From: Octopus sinensis | Taxonomy: Eukaryota | Reading direction: 5' to 3' | DNA length: 64,000 bases | NCBI RefSeq assembly: GCF_006345805.1 | Contig: NC_043003.1 | Location: 52,018,001 to 52,082,000 of the forward strand | Shown: positions 12,142 to 24,549 of the stretch, piece by piece | Position numbering within the stretch: position 1 is the first letter of the stretch | How the letters are laid out: every line of letters begins with the position of its first letter | Position numbers and translations under genes: made by a program | The notes under the pieces: model-generated | Database searches by the model: none | Told to the model about the DNA's origin: nothing | What the model saw: the letters and a program-made list of their open reading frames with translations, nothing else

Positions 12142-12692
12142 GCCCTGATGCAGTACAGGCAGTGCGCTCATGGCTTCTGATCTTAACTGATTGGAAGTGT
12201 TATCATGTACATTGTTTTGTATTGGTATAAAAGATGGGCTACAGCAAATATTCTGCTCAATACCACAGATTTGCTTGTCAGTTGTTTGACCTTAACCAGT
12301 TGAGCATGTCCCTTAGTGGCTGACGATATGTGCATCTCTGATCACGAGCAGAAGTAGTGGGGGAGCATCATAGCCATGTGTTGAGAGGGATTCTTTGGGG
12401 TTTGAATAATTCACCTCTGGAAACATGGGTGGTTCTTTCAACATCCTTAAACAACCCTTATTCAGGGACCTTTTGAGCGGGATGGCTACTCAACCTGAAG
12501 AAAATTCTAACTGGGCCCCACCTGCAGGTCATGTGCTGTTTGTCTTGATATGAGATCACCATGTCGCGCACATATGGTTGTGATGCATGTGCCTGGTGTA
12601 TCCTTATCAGACGGGTAGTCATGATGGGTATACTGGGCTTCGTATATTTGTACCCCAGTGTCACTTCGATGGCATGCACTGCTCTCTCACTC
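12142..12692. mobile_element. ~550-bp non-coding interspersed element embedded in (AAT)n, copy 2
   Basis: Same as copy 1. Confidence 0.55.
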
Positions 12693-12708
12693 AATAATAA
12701 TAATAATA

Positions 12709-12744
<36 letters not shown>

Positions 12745-12767
12745 GTGATGATGATAATAATAATAGT

Positions 12768-13213
12768 AAGGCCTCTGCACAGCTTCTAACGCTGGAAATG
12801 TGTCAGCCGTTCACTACGAGTGAACTAAGGTAACACCTCTTATTTTTGGAACACCTTCCGGAGTATTCGAGCGTTTCCAAGCAGTGCTGTTTCCTACAAG
12901 TGCTCCAACCTTATTGCGGCCCCTATTTGTTCCACGTATTTCTCGAGATTTTTGCTCACTGTTACCAGGGCTCTGACAATTATTGGTACTATTGATACCT
13001 TTTTCATCGACCACAACTGCTTAACTTCCCAAGCTAACCTGTCATATCTCTCGACTTTTCTTTCTTCCTTATCGCATACCTTGTTGTCAGCTGGGCATGC
13101 TATTTCTAGGATCCAGCATCGTTTGCTTTCTCTAGTAAGACTACGTCTGGCTTCCTATTCTCTATCTCATGGTCACACTGACTCATATAATCCCATAGTA
13201 ACTTTGTCTTATC
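12768..13213 (-). mobile_element. R4/Dong-clade LINE 3' fragment (restriction-like endonuclease domain)
   Basis: KLLWDYMSQCDHEIENRKPDVVLL, then after a frameshift WILEIACPADNKVCDKEERKVERYDRLAWEVKQLWS; stop near 12840, short 3' UTR, then a (TTA)n tail. Confidence 0.8.
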
Positions 13214-13632
13214 ACCTGACCTGACATCGGAAACCGGACATTGTTGTGGTGAATAAAAAACAAAGAACATATATGATAATCGACATAGCATGCCCCGGTG
13301 ACAACAGGATCAATGTGAAAGAAGAAGAAAAAGTAAACAACAATGACGATTTAAAGTGGGAAATACGAATGTTGTGGTCAATGAAGAGGGTAGACGTGAT
13401 ACCAAGAGTAATTGGTGCACTTGGAAGTATCAGCACTCAACTACCAACATTGCTGAAAAAGATCGGTGCAAATGTTAAGGTAGAACACTTACAAAAATCA
13501 GCATTGCTTGAAGCTGCAAGAATTCTAGGCAGATTTCTTTAAGCATGACCTGTAAACAAGTGTCACCTTAGCCTGCTGGCTGTGGACTGCTGACACTTTC
13601 CATCATACCCAGCAATATAAGCTGTAAGTGTT
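13214..13632 (+). mobile_element. R4/Dong-clade LINE 3' fragment, a different family from its neighbour
   Basis: HRKPDIVVVNKKQRTYMIIDIACPGD...EEEK...IGALG...LQKSALLEAARILGRFL* (stop 13542), 3' UTR, then (AAT)n. Confidence 0.85.
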
Positions 13633-13979
13633 AATATAATAATAATAATAACAATGATAATAATAATAGTCTTGTATATTGCAACAAAGGTCATGGATGG
13701 AGGGACTCAACAAGGCCATGACCGTAAAGTATGTGGGGTGTGTTACATTGAAATAAAAGTAAAGGAAAAGTGCAATTTACTGATTTAAAAAAATATATTA
13801 AGGTAAATCCAATGTTTTTAACAGATATTGTGAGACTACGGAGAAGTGTAAATAAATGACACAGAAAAAAAAAGGAGGATTGACTTGAACTGGTTTCGAA
13901 TCTAAGTGGGTTCTCTTCAGATTTATCTTAATTATTAAAATCCTATACTGCTGATAAACACATTATGAGTGTTTGTTAA

Positions 13980-14148
13980 TTTGTTTCTGTTCCCGTAACG
14001 TAACGCTTCGGCAAAAGAGACTGATAGATTAAGTAACAGATTTGAAAACAAAAATAAATACATGGGTCGGTTTGTTCGACTAAACCTCCTTAATGCAGTG
14101 CTCCAGTATGGCTGCAGTCTAATGACTGAAACAAGTAAAGATAAAAGA
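13980..14148 (+). mobile_element. Family A SINE, second half only
   Basis: ttcggcaaaagagac...gtgctccag.atggc.gcagtc.aatgactgaaacaagtaaa. Confidence 0.7.
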
Positions 14149-14724
14149 TTTAAATTTATGCATTCACGCTATCTAATGCATTAATAATTAATTGAATTAG
14201 CAGCCAGCAAAATATTATGCAAATTTTATTTTCCGAAGCCACTAAGTTTAGTGTCTATTAAAGACAATATCCCAGGTGATATGTACTTATACAATGAGCT
14301 ACACTTGAGCCAGGACTGCCGCTTCGTCAAAGAGACAAGTTGCAGAAAGTGTGCTTGGAAAAAAGTGATCACCGTCAGGAATCAATGTTGATGACACAGC
14401 TTCAGTGAAAAAAATACGACGTTATTACCCAAGGTATACCGAGCTCTTGGTGTTGTAACTGTTGGACTATCTGAAAATCGGAATGCAACCAGCGAAGAAG
14501 TTAGTATTTCATATTTCGTAACCTAAAGTTTCATGTCTCCGCTTCTCTGACGAAATATGAAAAGAGGTGCAATAAATCCGTTACTTTGAATATGATGGAA
14601 AACTAAGAGAGTATGAAAGACTTTGATGAGTTTAGAAGAATAATTACAAAGACAAAAGTGTAAAACAATGTACTTGTGAGTGGATTTGGTGGACAGAACT
14701 TGAATGGGGCTCGTCGTATATATA

Positions 14725-15578
14725 CAGGGTGCGATGAATAAAATGTCATCTAATTTACGCAAAAATGAAATTAACGCTAAGATCTCATTTTAACAGACAT
14801 ATTTACCAAAATTGCATAAAAATATCTTGAAATACTAAAGAGTAAATTTATTCAATAAAATCGCCATTGGCTTCAACCACGGCCTCCAGACGACTTCGGA
14901 ATCACCGGCAACTCTTCTTGGTTAAGTTGATGGATGCTACTGTAATCCTTGTCTTCAGTTCATCTTTGGTCTTTCGCTCAACTGTGCCCCATACATAATA
15001 ATCAAGGGGGTTGCAGTTTGGGGAGTTAGGTGGCTAGATGTTAGGGGTAATGTGGTCACAGAAATTGTCTGACAGCAATGACTACGTTCTCCTGCTTGTG
15101 TGGCATGGTGTAAAGTCCTGTTGCCAGATTTAGGGTCTTACAGCAACCACACTGATGACTCAGGACTGTACTACCTCCTCCAGGCATTTGATGTAGGCCT
15201 CTGTGTTAGTCTGATGCCGTATAGGAAGATGAATGGAGGCACAACGTCGCCATCACTAGTGATCACTCCAAAAACCATGATGTTGACTGGACGTTTGATT
15301 TTTATCACTCTCGTTACATCTCCTCAGTTTGCACAGTCCTCAGATTGACACCGAAACGCTCTGAAATGTTCCTATTGGAGCTTCCAGCGCGAATGCCAAG
15401 CACCACAGCATGTCGTTTCCAAATTTCTGACAGAGTGAATTGTGTCATGGTGCTGTTTTTCTCACAGACGGTGCCCAACTGACCCTACTATACTGTGTAG
15501 TTGACAAAATCAACAACAAACCATGCGTGTGCGCGAAATTAAAAATATAAAACGGCAACAATTTACCCATCGCACCTG
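14725..15578 (-). mobile_element. Internally deleted maT/DD37D-like mariner with TIRs
   Basis: TIRs cagggtgcgatg... and ...catcgcacctg in a TA context; minus strand encodes VFGVITSDGDVVPPFIF...WQQD...CNPLDYYVWG with frameshifts. Confidence 0.85.
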
Positions 15579-15591
15579 CATATATATATAT

Positions 15592-15636
<45 letters not shown>

Positions 15637-15645
15637 TATATATAG

Positions 15646-15693
<48 letters not shown>

Positions 15694-15918
15694 AATGAAA
15701 TGCTTGCACATGGACACAATATAAAAAGCAGGTTCTATCTGTGATCTTGGGGATCCAAAAACGTAACGAATATTTAGCCATATATGGACATGACACAAAA
15801 AGTCCAGTTCTTGAATTTAGACATGTAGTGGAGTCTAAGCTGCTTTTCCAGATGAGCCATCTTTCCCTATCACAAAGACTGCACTTTCCACTGCCGTTGG
15901 CTGCTGGGAGACCCTAAA

Positions 15919-16532
15919 TTTTAGAAATTTCTGTCGGCTTTCTTTGAAACACGTGCTTGTAGTGATAAATTACATGGTTATTGACGTAGTGTCTACTTTC
16001 GGCATATTTTATCATTAGAATTTTTTTCTTTTGCGCTTACTTATAAATTGTTTATAAATTTAACCTTTAAAGGTATTTTTTAATATGCTGGCTATTGATA
16101 GAATTTTTTTCGAAAAATTCTATCCTATATTAGATGTTAATTTAATAGTCTTCACTTCCGGACTCTCTTACTTTGCGAGAGCTTTTCGGTTCGAATCGCA
16201 CGTGTCTCGAGGTGTGCTAGAGAATTTCTATTTTGGATATATTTGGGGTACTTAATTGTTCTCGTGGCTTAGTGCTCGCTTCTTCCATGGGTATGAGTAA
16301 GTATTTCACTTATTTCTTTACCGCATTTATCACTGATGAAGAGAAGGTTCTTATGAACTAACTCTGAAATCGGGTCCGATATGGTAATAACGGAATTTTT
16401 TAGAAATTTCTGTCGGCTTTCTTTGAAACACGTGGTTGTAGTGATAAATTACATGGTTATTGACGTAGTGCCTATTTTCGGCATATTTTGGCATTAGAAA
16501 TTTTTTCGTTTGCCCTTACTTATAAATTGTTT
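15919..16532 (+). repeat. Partial tandem repeat (479-bp period) carrying a hammerhead motif
   Basis: ~135-bp direct repeats at 15919-16053 and 16398-16532. Confidence 0.75.
16327..16381 (+). ncRNA. Candidate minimal type-I hammerhead ribozyme
   Basis: tatca-CTGATGA-agag...ctct-GAAA-tcgg-GTC-cgata. Confidence 0.55.
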
Positions 16533-16994
16533 ATATATATATAACAATGCAGCACGGAATTTTGTCAGTGAACAGGTCGCGGTCTCAAAGCGACGAAAAT
16601 ATTTTGACAAATAAAATTTTACTGTTGAAGTTAATCCAGATACCCATTCACTGCTTAATGTAAACTAGTGGTGAAAACAAGATGGCTACAGAAGGCGGCT
16701 GGAAAATAATAGTATTTTCGACAACATCTAGCATAAATGAACAAACACACGCATGTACACGCATGTGGACACATGCATACACACATGTGCACACGTAGTT
16801 CTGTGCAAGTAGCATTACAAACGTATGTAGAAACGAATAATGTAAACAGAGGTGACAGATAAAAATATTTACTCCAAAATGGCCACAATGAAAATGGGCA
16901 AACAATGCTTCGGGTGCAGCGTTGTGGCCATGTGACATCTCGTCATGGTTGTGTGAAAATATAACGCAATGAAAACAGAAAAAATACTAACATG

Positions 16995-17068
<74 letters not shown>

Positions 17069-17135
17069 AAGAAAGAAAGAAAGAAAGTGAAAGAGCGAGT
17101 GAAGTGGAGCGAGAGATACACATTCATTTATACAG

Positions 17136-17175
<40 letters not shown>

Positions 17176-18177
17176 GTATATGCACATATATGTATGTATA
17201 TATATATATATATATATATACATATATATGCATATACATATAAATGTATATGCATATACATTTTGACACATATATTTACATGCTAATATGTAAGATTTAT
17301 GAATGCATGTGTGTGTGTGTGTGAAAATTTGTTGAAATATTTGTGAGTTTATGTAAAACGATAACCTTGGAAATTTAAAAGTCAGCCGACATATGACATG
17401 CCAATGAGGATAAGAATAATTGAAGTGGGGAAAGAGATGGAGTAAAACTAGCGATGAATCGATAATGAATGGCAAGTATGGTGAAAGGTTGAAGCGATAT
17501 TGTAGCAAAAGGAAAGAACAGTGGGTGGTGATGAAGAAACGAAAAGAAAATTAAAGAAAGACGCGTTATAATATTGGAACAATTGGGCACTATTTTCTGT
17601 GCTTGCTTATTTTAATGTAATAAACAGCCACAGACAACGCCCTCATAAAACAACATAACAAAAAGACCACCAGAAACCAACCAACTGAAAGAAGAGACGT
17701 AAAAGAACAAGCTCACGCTGATAGATATGAAACAACACATACATGAGAAATAAGTTCTCGCCTTGTGATTGTTGTGGCGCGAAACTCGTGTCAGAAGAAA
17801 GGAATTAAGCTTTTAAGATCCAGCATGTTTATTGAGTACTCTGGGTTATTTTTTTAAATATAACGTTTTGTTTTTTAAAAATAACGTTTTTTCTCGCAGA
17901 TCAAGCGACTACATAGATAATCCTTTCTTGAGTGGAAGTCGGCGGCAGATTTTTTGCTTGTTTGTTATGGTTCAAGAGACAGTGCAGCATAAGAGACTAA
18001 ATAGGCTTGAGGTCAAGCCTTTTACTTTTCAGCCCCACCCGACCTCGTTTTCTTCATTGAAGTTGAATGTGAGCGTGGCGAATTTGTTGTAAATGGATGG
18101 TTAGATTGTTGGATGGATGACTGGCTCAATTTTTGTACACTGTCAATGGTAGAAGGCTCTTGCCTTTGTACCAAGGT

Positions 18178-18281
18178 CTATAGTGGTATATATGGGTTCA
18201 TAGAGCAAGAAGTTTCACAATCCCCTCCCAAAGTTCGGATTAGACACTGCAATAGTTTAGTTTTCGGATACTTTGACTTTT
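18178..18281 (-). other. Possible terminal exon of an unidentified minus-strand gene
   Basis: Strong acceptor ttttatttttttatttttcag at 18282, followed by non-repetitive sequence; longest frame KSKYPKTKLLQCLIRTLGGDCETSCSMNPYIPL*. No homology recognised. Confidence 0.25.
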
Positions 18282-19007
18282 CTGAAAAATAAAAAAATAA
18301 AAAGTGGAACGGAGAAATTAGGAAAAACATCTGATATCACTTGAACATTCTATTGTAAAAGAATCTGGTTAGATAAACCTGTATCAAAGACATTAGTGTG
18401 CCAAGGATCTTAGTGCTCAAAATTTGATTAAAGGGATTTTGTGTTTATTTAAAGCCTGCATCCAAAGAAGACTTCCGCCACTCATTCAGAGCAATGACCA
18501 TATAGTATATTTCCACAAAGCCTCTTCGGTAATCCCAATAACCTTATAAATCTACATTTTAACTCCTAATCCCTATCTAATTCCTCTTTCATACTTGAAT
18601 ATCACAATCATTTAATTATATTTGTATGTATATGCGTACGTACGTGTGTACGCGTGTGCGTGTGTATGTGTGCGTATGTGTGTGTCTGTATGTATGCAAG
18701 GTATATATAACTGCGTGTCACGGGGTCACAATACATACATATACACGTATATATGGGTGTACGTATATACATATACATATGAGTACGTGTTTATGTGTAG
18801 GTGTTGATGTATGTAAATATCTATATACATGTTTAATATATGCATGTGTATACAACTTCACATATACATTCTTCTACTACTAAGCACTGGTCTGTCCTCT
18901 AAGCAACCTAACCTATATTCCAAAATTCTTCGTTCCACCATTTTACTACCCCTACCCCCTTTCTCTTCCCCTCATTTAGGCTCTATCACTACATACCTGA
19001 CACTCCT

Positions 19008-19543
19008 ACCGCTCTATGTCACGCTGGTGAGACCCATATTGGAGTACGGGATTCAAGCTTCTTCTCCTTATCTCCTCAAAGACATACAGCATCTCGATAG
19101 AGTCCAGAAGCTGGTTCTTGGTCTCAAGCATTTGTCTTATGAAGAAAGGCTGAAGACACTCGACCTTTATTCTCTAGAAAAACGACGACGCCCTGGTGAT
19201 GTCATTCTTGCTCACAACATCATAAGCGGAAGGTGTAACCTCTCGAAAGAGCTGTTCTTCACTCCTGCTCCAGAATGTCGGCTGCGGGGTCACTCCGAAA
19301 AGCTCTATCAGCGACGATTTCATCTCAATCGAAGGAGAGGGGTTTTCTCCGTCCGGATTGCGGATCCGTGGAATGAGCTGCCGGACGAGATAGTAAAGAT
19401 GCCGACGACCACTCGGTTCAAAGTCTCCCTTGACCACAAGTGGCCTGAACTCTTTACATGAACACCATCCTGTACATAACTCCATGTCCCCCTACATGGC
19501 CTTGCTTTTTGCTTTTTGAGCCAAATAATTAACTAACTAACTA
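19008..19543 (+). mobile_element. CR1 LINE, 5'-truncated 3' end
   Basis: LYVTLVRPILEYG...LSYEERLKTLDLYSLEKRR...LRGHSEKL...FSVRIADPWNELP; (TAAC)n tail; possible actcct TSD at 19002-19007 and 19544-19549; same family as 63140-64000. Confidence 0.9.
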
Positions 19544-20011
19544 ACTCCTTTACTCTTTATCCTCTCATCTCTTTACACTTCCATATCTTTCCCTCTCTAT
19601 CACCCTCACCACCTCATTCCTTCTATCAATTTATCCTGACTGACCACTAACCAGTACACTTTCCCTCTCTTCATTGCTTTATATCTCTCTCCCCGCTTTT
19701 CTCTTCTTTTCTATTTTCTTTATTCCTTTCTTCCTGTTTTTGATTTGACCTTACAAACACATTCCCAACTTTTAAGTCACTTCAAAAAAAAAAAACCCTC
19801 GATTCAATAACACCGTTTACAAACTCTATGCTTGGACTGACCAATTTTAAATACTCACAAGGTAAAGGAATCTTATATGTATACTATTCTGCCTAAATAA
19901 TGGAACTGCAGATACAATATCCCTGCATATCTCACGTCTATTTTCATTCCTCCACTTCACTCTCTATTTCTTATCTTATCTAGAATAACTATTACTTAAC
20001 CATTTTCTCAC

Positions 20012-20064
20012 ACCGTCCCCGATGAAGAGATATTTAAAATATCTCGGAAACAGCTGTAAGACCT
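20012..20064 (+). ncRNA. Candidate hammerhead ribozyme with a U4-to-C core change
   Basis: gtcc-CCGATGA-a-gagatatt/aatatctc-g-GAAA-cagct-GTA-agac: 8-bp stem II, palindromic ACAGCTGT stem III. Confidence 0.5.
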
Positions 20065-20277
20065 ATTCATAAATGTTCTGAAATTTTTCACAGCCTTGGA
20101 TTTTTATCTCATTCTGTTAATTTTTTATATATATATATACGCATGCTGATATATGACCGACGTTGGACTCCTCATTCGCATAATCATCGAACCTGGAGCT
20201 TAACTATAGTCTGTCCATAGCACTTACTCAGCATTACCTGACACCTTTGGGTCTTCTTGACACCATTACCTCCCATA

Positions 20278-20342
<65 letters not shown>

Positions 20343-20404
20343 CCCGCTAAGTGTTTACATAATTTTTTATCATATAGTACAGTGGTTCCCAGTCTGGGAT
20401 CCGC

Positions 20405-20622
20405 GGACGCCTGGTGGTCTGCAAAGTTAGCACGCCGGGCAAAATACTTAGCGGTATTTCGTCTGTCTTTACGTTCTGAGTTCAAATTCCGCCGATGTCG
20501 ACTTTGCTTTTCATCCTTTCGGGATCGATAAATTAAGTACCAGTTGAGTACTGGAGTTGATCTAATTGACTGCCCCCCCTCCCCAAAAATTTTGGGTCTT
20601 GTACCTAGAGCAGAAAAGAATA
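20405..20622 (+). mobile_element. Family C SINE joined to a hAT-MITE-like end (cagtggttccca at ~20380)
   Basis: ttagcacgccgggcaaaatacttagcggtatttcgtc...gagttcaaattcc...gtcgactttgc. Confidence 0.7.
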
Positions 20623-20798
20623 TAGAAATATATTCACACACATACAAACACACACACATACACACACATACACACACATGCACACACTAATACACACCTC
20701 TACTCACACACGTGGGCACACATACACGCATATATAGTCATAGACATAGACATCCTGTCACATGTATAAGCATATACACAGTCACAAGAAGTAATGTA

Positions 20799-20847
<49 letters not shown>

Positions 20848-21129
20848 CGTGCGTGTGCAGTGTTTAAAATGTATATTATATTGATGCATAGCAAATAATC
20901 TATATTGCAGTAGATGTAAATTTTAACATATGTTGTACCGATACTCATTTGTATTAACCATCGGAAATATATGCAGTGAATGTATATTGAATAAAAATTG
21001 TACAGTGTTATGTATGTATTACGCCATAACAGCTTTATACATAGGATTTTTCATGAACATGTTTATACTAAATGTGTATAAAATGCAAGCTACCTTGATT
21101 ATCTATAAAATATATTGCTTTGGGGTACT

Positions 21130-21412
21130 ACTTGAGAACAGTGGTCCCGGTGCGCGCACTCGCATACTTGCGCATCCGCGCTAGCTAGTCGTGACTAGTC
21201 GATCCTACAACGACTACCTAGCAAAGTAAATAAAACACAAAATAAATAATTTTTTTACACAAAGTATATAAAACACAAAAACATAAAGTAAATAATTTAT
21301 TAAACAAAGTAAATAAAACACAGAAACACAAAGTAAGGATCGACTAGTCGCGACTAGCTAGCGCGGATGCGCGAGCACGCGAGTGCGCGCACCGGGACCA
21401 CTGTTCTCAAGT
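21130..21412. mobile_element. MITE-like fold-back element with ~85-bp GC-rich terminal inverted repeats
   Basis: cttgagaacagtggtcccggtgcgcgcactcgc... versus ...gcgagtgcgcgcaccgggaccactgttctcaag, with an A-rich core; no clear TSD. Confidence 0.8.
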
Positions 21413-22489
21413 TGTAGCTTGCTTTGGTAAGTGAGCTTTGCTTAGAAGCTAATCTAGCAATATAAAATATTTTGAAATAACTTTGTATCAAATATATGGA
21501 ATACATGTAATTTTGAAATACTTTAATTTCAATTTCCTTTAGGAAATCACTGGAATTTGAAAAATTCTGGCTGCGATCCCGTGAAAATTCCTTTTAAACA
21601 AGGAATGTTTATTTATGACTAGATGCCTGTTTCACTCCACATACGAAGCATTACATAGGAACTTGAAACAAATGTCCACACCTCAAAGAACATATTGTAA
21701 AATGGCATGTGCAGTTGTTTGTAACAAATACTGAACAAAACTTATTCGCTACTTTAAGGAAACAGTTATTATACGATATGTAAGCACAACTTTCTCTCTA
21801 TTCTCTCGACTCCTAACCTATAGCACTCGATGAAAGAAAGAACGAGGTGGGAAAAACACATTCCACGAATTTCCTTCGGCCTATAGTTATTTCAGTCTTT
21901 AATGAAATATTTCACATCATAAAATGCTTAATTAAAATATTACGGGTTATATCGTGCTGATAATTTCTAATAAGAATGAAATAGTGCTATACATGATTAC
22001 CAATGATGAGGAATTTTAAAGAACTTCGCGTTAAATAAAAAAAAAAGTATGTGAATGTTATACATAGTTTTCCTCATAATTTCTCAATTTCCATTTCAAA
22101 TTCCACTATTGTGACGAAATGATTGTCTCCCTTGTAATAGCTACGACGTTAAAGTACCTCGTGTATGTAATATGTAATATGCCTTTATTTCATTAATTCT
22201 TTAGAAATACTGCAATTTTTTTACTGCACGGGTATACTAGTGTATATAGGTTAGCTTTAATATTTGTGAACCAATTTATATGGAAATATATACATGCACA
22301 TGCTTTTATTCTTTGTTGTTTTCGTTCTCTCCCACTCTCTCCTTCACACATACATCCACACAATAACTCACAAATTCTCTTTAGACATACATGCACACAC
22401 CCAGACCCCTCACAAGAACTCACCATCCACTCTCACTCATTCTTTCTCTTTCTCTCTCTCTCTCACGCGCACGCACACACACAAACACA

Positions 22490-22753
22490 CACACACACAC
22501 ACACGCATACACACACACACAGATACGCGGTCACATTCTACACATGCACAAATATACATACACATTCACACACACAGAAACGTGATCACAGCCCATTATA
22601 CACTAACACACGCATACGCACACGCACAGGCACACACATTCACACACAGAGAGACCCAGTCACAGCCAACACACACTCACACAGAAACGTGAGCACAGCT
22701 TACACATGTACACACAAACGCAATCATACAGAGACAAGACGCACATGCATACC

Positions 22754-22799
<46 letters not shown>

Positions 22800-23075
22800 T
22801 ACACACACACACAGATACGCGGTCACATTCTACACATGCACAAATATACATACACATTCACACACACAGAAACGTGATCACAGCCCATTATACACTAACA
22901 CACGCATACGCACACGCACAGGCACACACATTCACACACAGAGAGACCCAGTCACAGCCAACACACACTCACACAGAAACGTGAGCACAGCTTACACATG
23001 TACACACAAACGCAATCATACAGAGACAAGACGCACATGCATACCAACACACACACACACACCACACACACACAC
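22490..23075. repeat. Tandem duplication of a 292-bp CA-rich cryptic repeat
   Basis: agatacgcggtcac occurs at 22521 and 22813; gcacatgc at 22741 and 23033. Confidence 0.9.
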
Positions 23076-23789
23076 ACATACATTCACAGCATTGTATATA
23101 CGCGTTTATGCGTATGTGTGTGTGTTTATGGGTCAATGTGTGCCTATGATTTTGTGTGTATATGTGTGTGTGTGTGCCTATTCTTATGTGTATGTGCGTG
23201 TGTGTGTATGTACGTATGAGTATGTGACTATGTAGATGTGTCTGCATGACTATATGTATCTGTGTTCTGACTGCATGTTTGTCTCTGCCGTTGACTCTGT
23301 ACGCGCTTATACATGTGACAGGGTGCCTGTTTCTATGGTTATGTATGTGTGTGTGTGTGTGTGTGTGTGTCCGTGTCTGTGCTTATATTACTGTGTACAG
23401 TGTCAGAGGCTCACTACACAGGCAAGCTATGACTAATGCTGTGAACAGAACTTCGCCAAACTATTGTTATTTTAAACTATTAACACGCATGTCAGAAATC
23501 CTTTGGTTTTAAGGTAAATAAACAAATAAAAAAAAAGTAATAAATATATAATAAAGAAATAAATACATATAAAAAGAATTCCACATTTCTCAGGGACAGG
23601 GCCCAAGGGATCAGTTGTGTAAGATTGACGGAGGGGTTGCGATACGGAGTTTTAAAACTATATGTCTGTATCTTACATACAATGATGCTCTTGTTGAACA
23701 ACGCACGTACATGATGTTTCGCACAAAACTGTAAAGGGACACCGATCTACTCTCGTTACGCAACGATTTCATAGGCTTCCTTCACCATT

Positions 23790-24072
23790 GTCAACAGCAC
23801 CTCTGCCAACACCACCAGCACCATCACCGGAACCACCACCACCACCACCACCATCACACCCACATCACCCACCACCATCAACCCCTATCTCTACCCTCTC
23901 TAGCATCACCACCGTCACTATTACCACCACCATCCCCCATCCTCAGTACTACTACTACTACTACTACCACCACCACCATCACACCCACACCACCCACCAC
24001 CATCAACTCCTATCTCTACCCCCCCCACTACCATCACCACCATCACTATTACCACCACCATCCCCCATCCTC

Positions 24073-24106
<34 letters not shown>

Positions 24107-24510
24107 TCACCACCGCCACCACTAACACAACAACCAGCATTACACCCACCAGCACGATCACTACTACCACCGCCACCACCTCCACCACATATACCACCAA
24201 CACCAGCACCGCAACACCTAACATTATCACTATTAGTACCACTAACACCATCACCGCCACAAATAGCTTCATCACCAACACCTCTACTACACATACCACC
24301 ACCACCACCACCACCACCACCACCACCACCACCATTCTGAATACCATTATGTCTACCAGCACCATTCCCAATAGCACAATTCCAAAGGCTACAACCACCA
24401 CCACCACCACCGCCATCACTATCACTACAATATCTACTATGTCTATCATTATCTCCAGACGACCACCATAACAATCAATATACAACTACCACTACTGACT
24501 ACTGCAACCA
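23790..24510. repeat. (ACC)n/(ACT)n low-complexity region
   Basis: Direct reading; it produces spurious Thr/His/Val-rich ORFs. Confidence 0.85.
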
Positions 24511-24549
24511 TTAAGTCTGTCCCGAGCCCAAGGACTCAAAATGCCACAG

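Larger units (their letters stand above)
10221..12692. repeat. Tandem duplication of a ~1.2-1.3 kb unit: family C SINE dimer, (AAT)n, 550-bp element
   Basis: 10221-11373 and 11412-12692 are collinear and highly similar, differing mainly by 1-bp indels and (AAT)n length. Confidence 0.9.

Noticed and set aside
23788-24485. Thr/Pro-rich mucin-like or Val-rich membrane ORFs
   Set aside because: They are translations of (ACC)n/(ACT)n low-complexity DNA, open on both strands, with no splice or start support.
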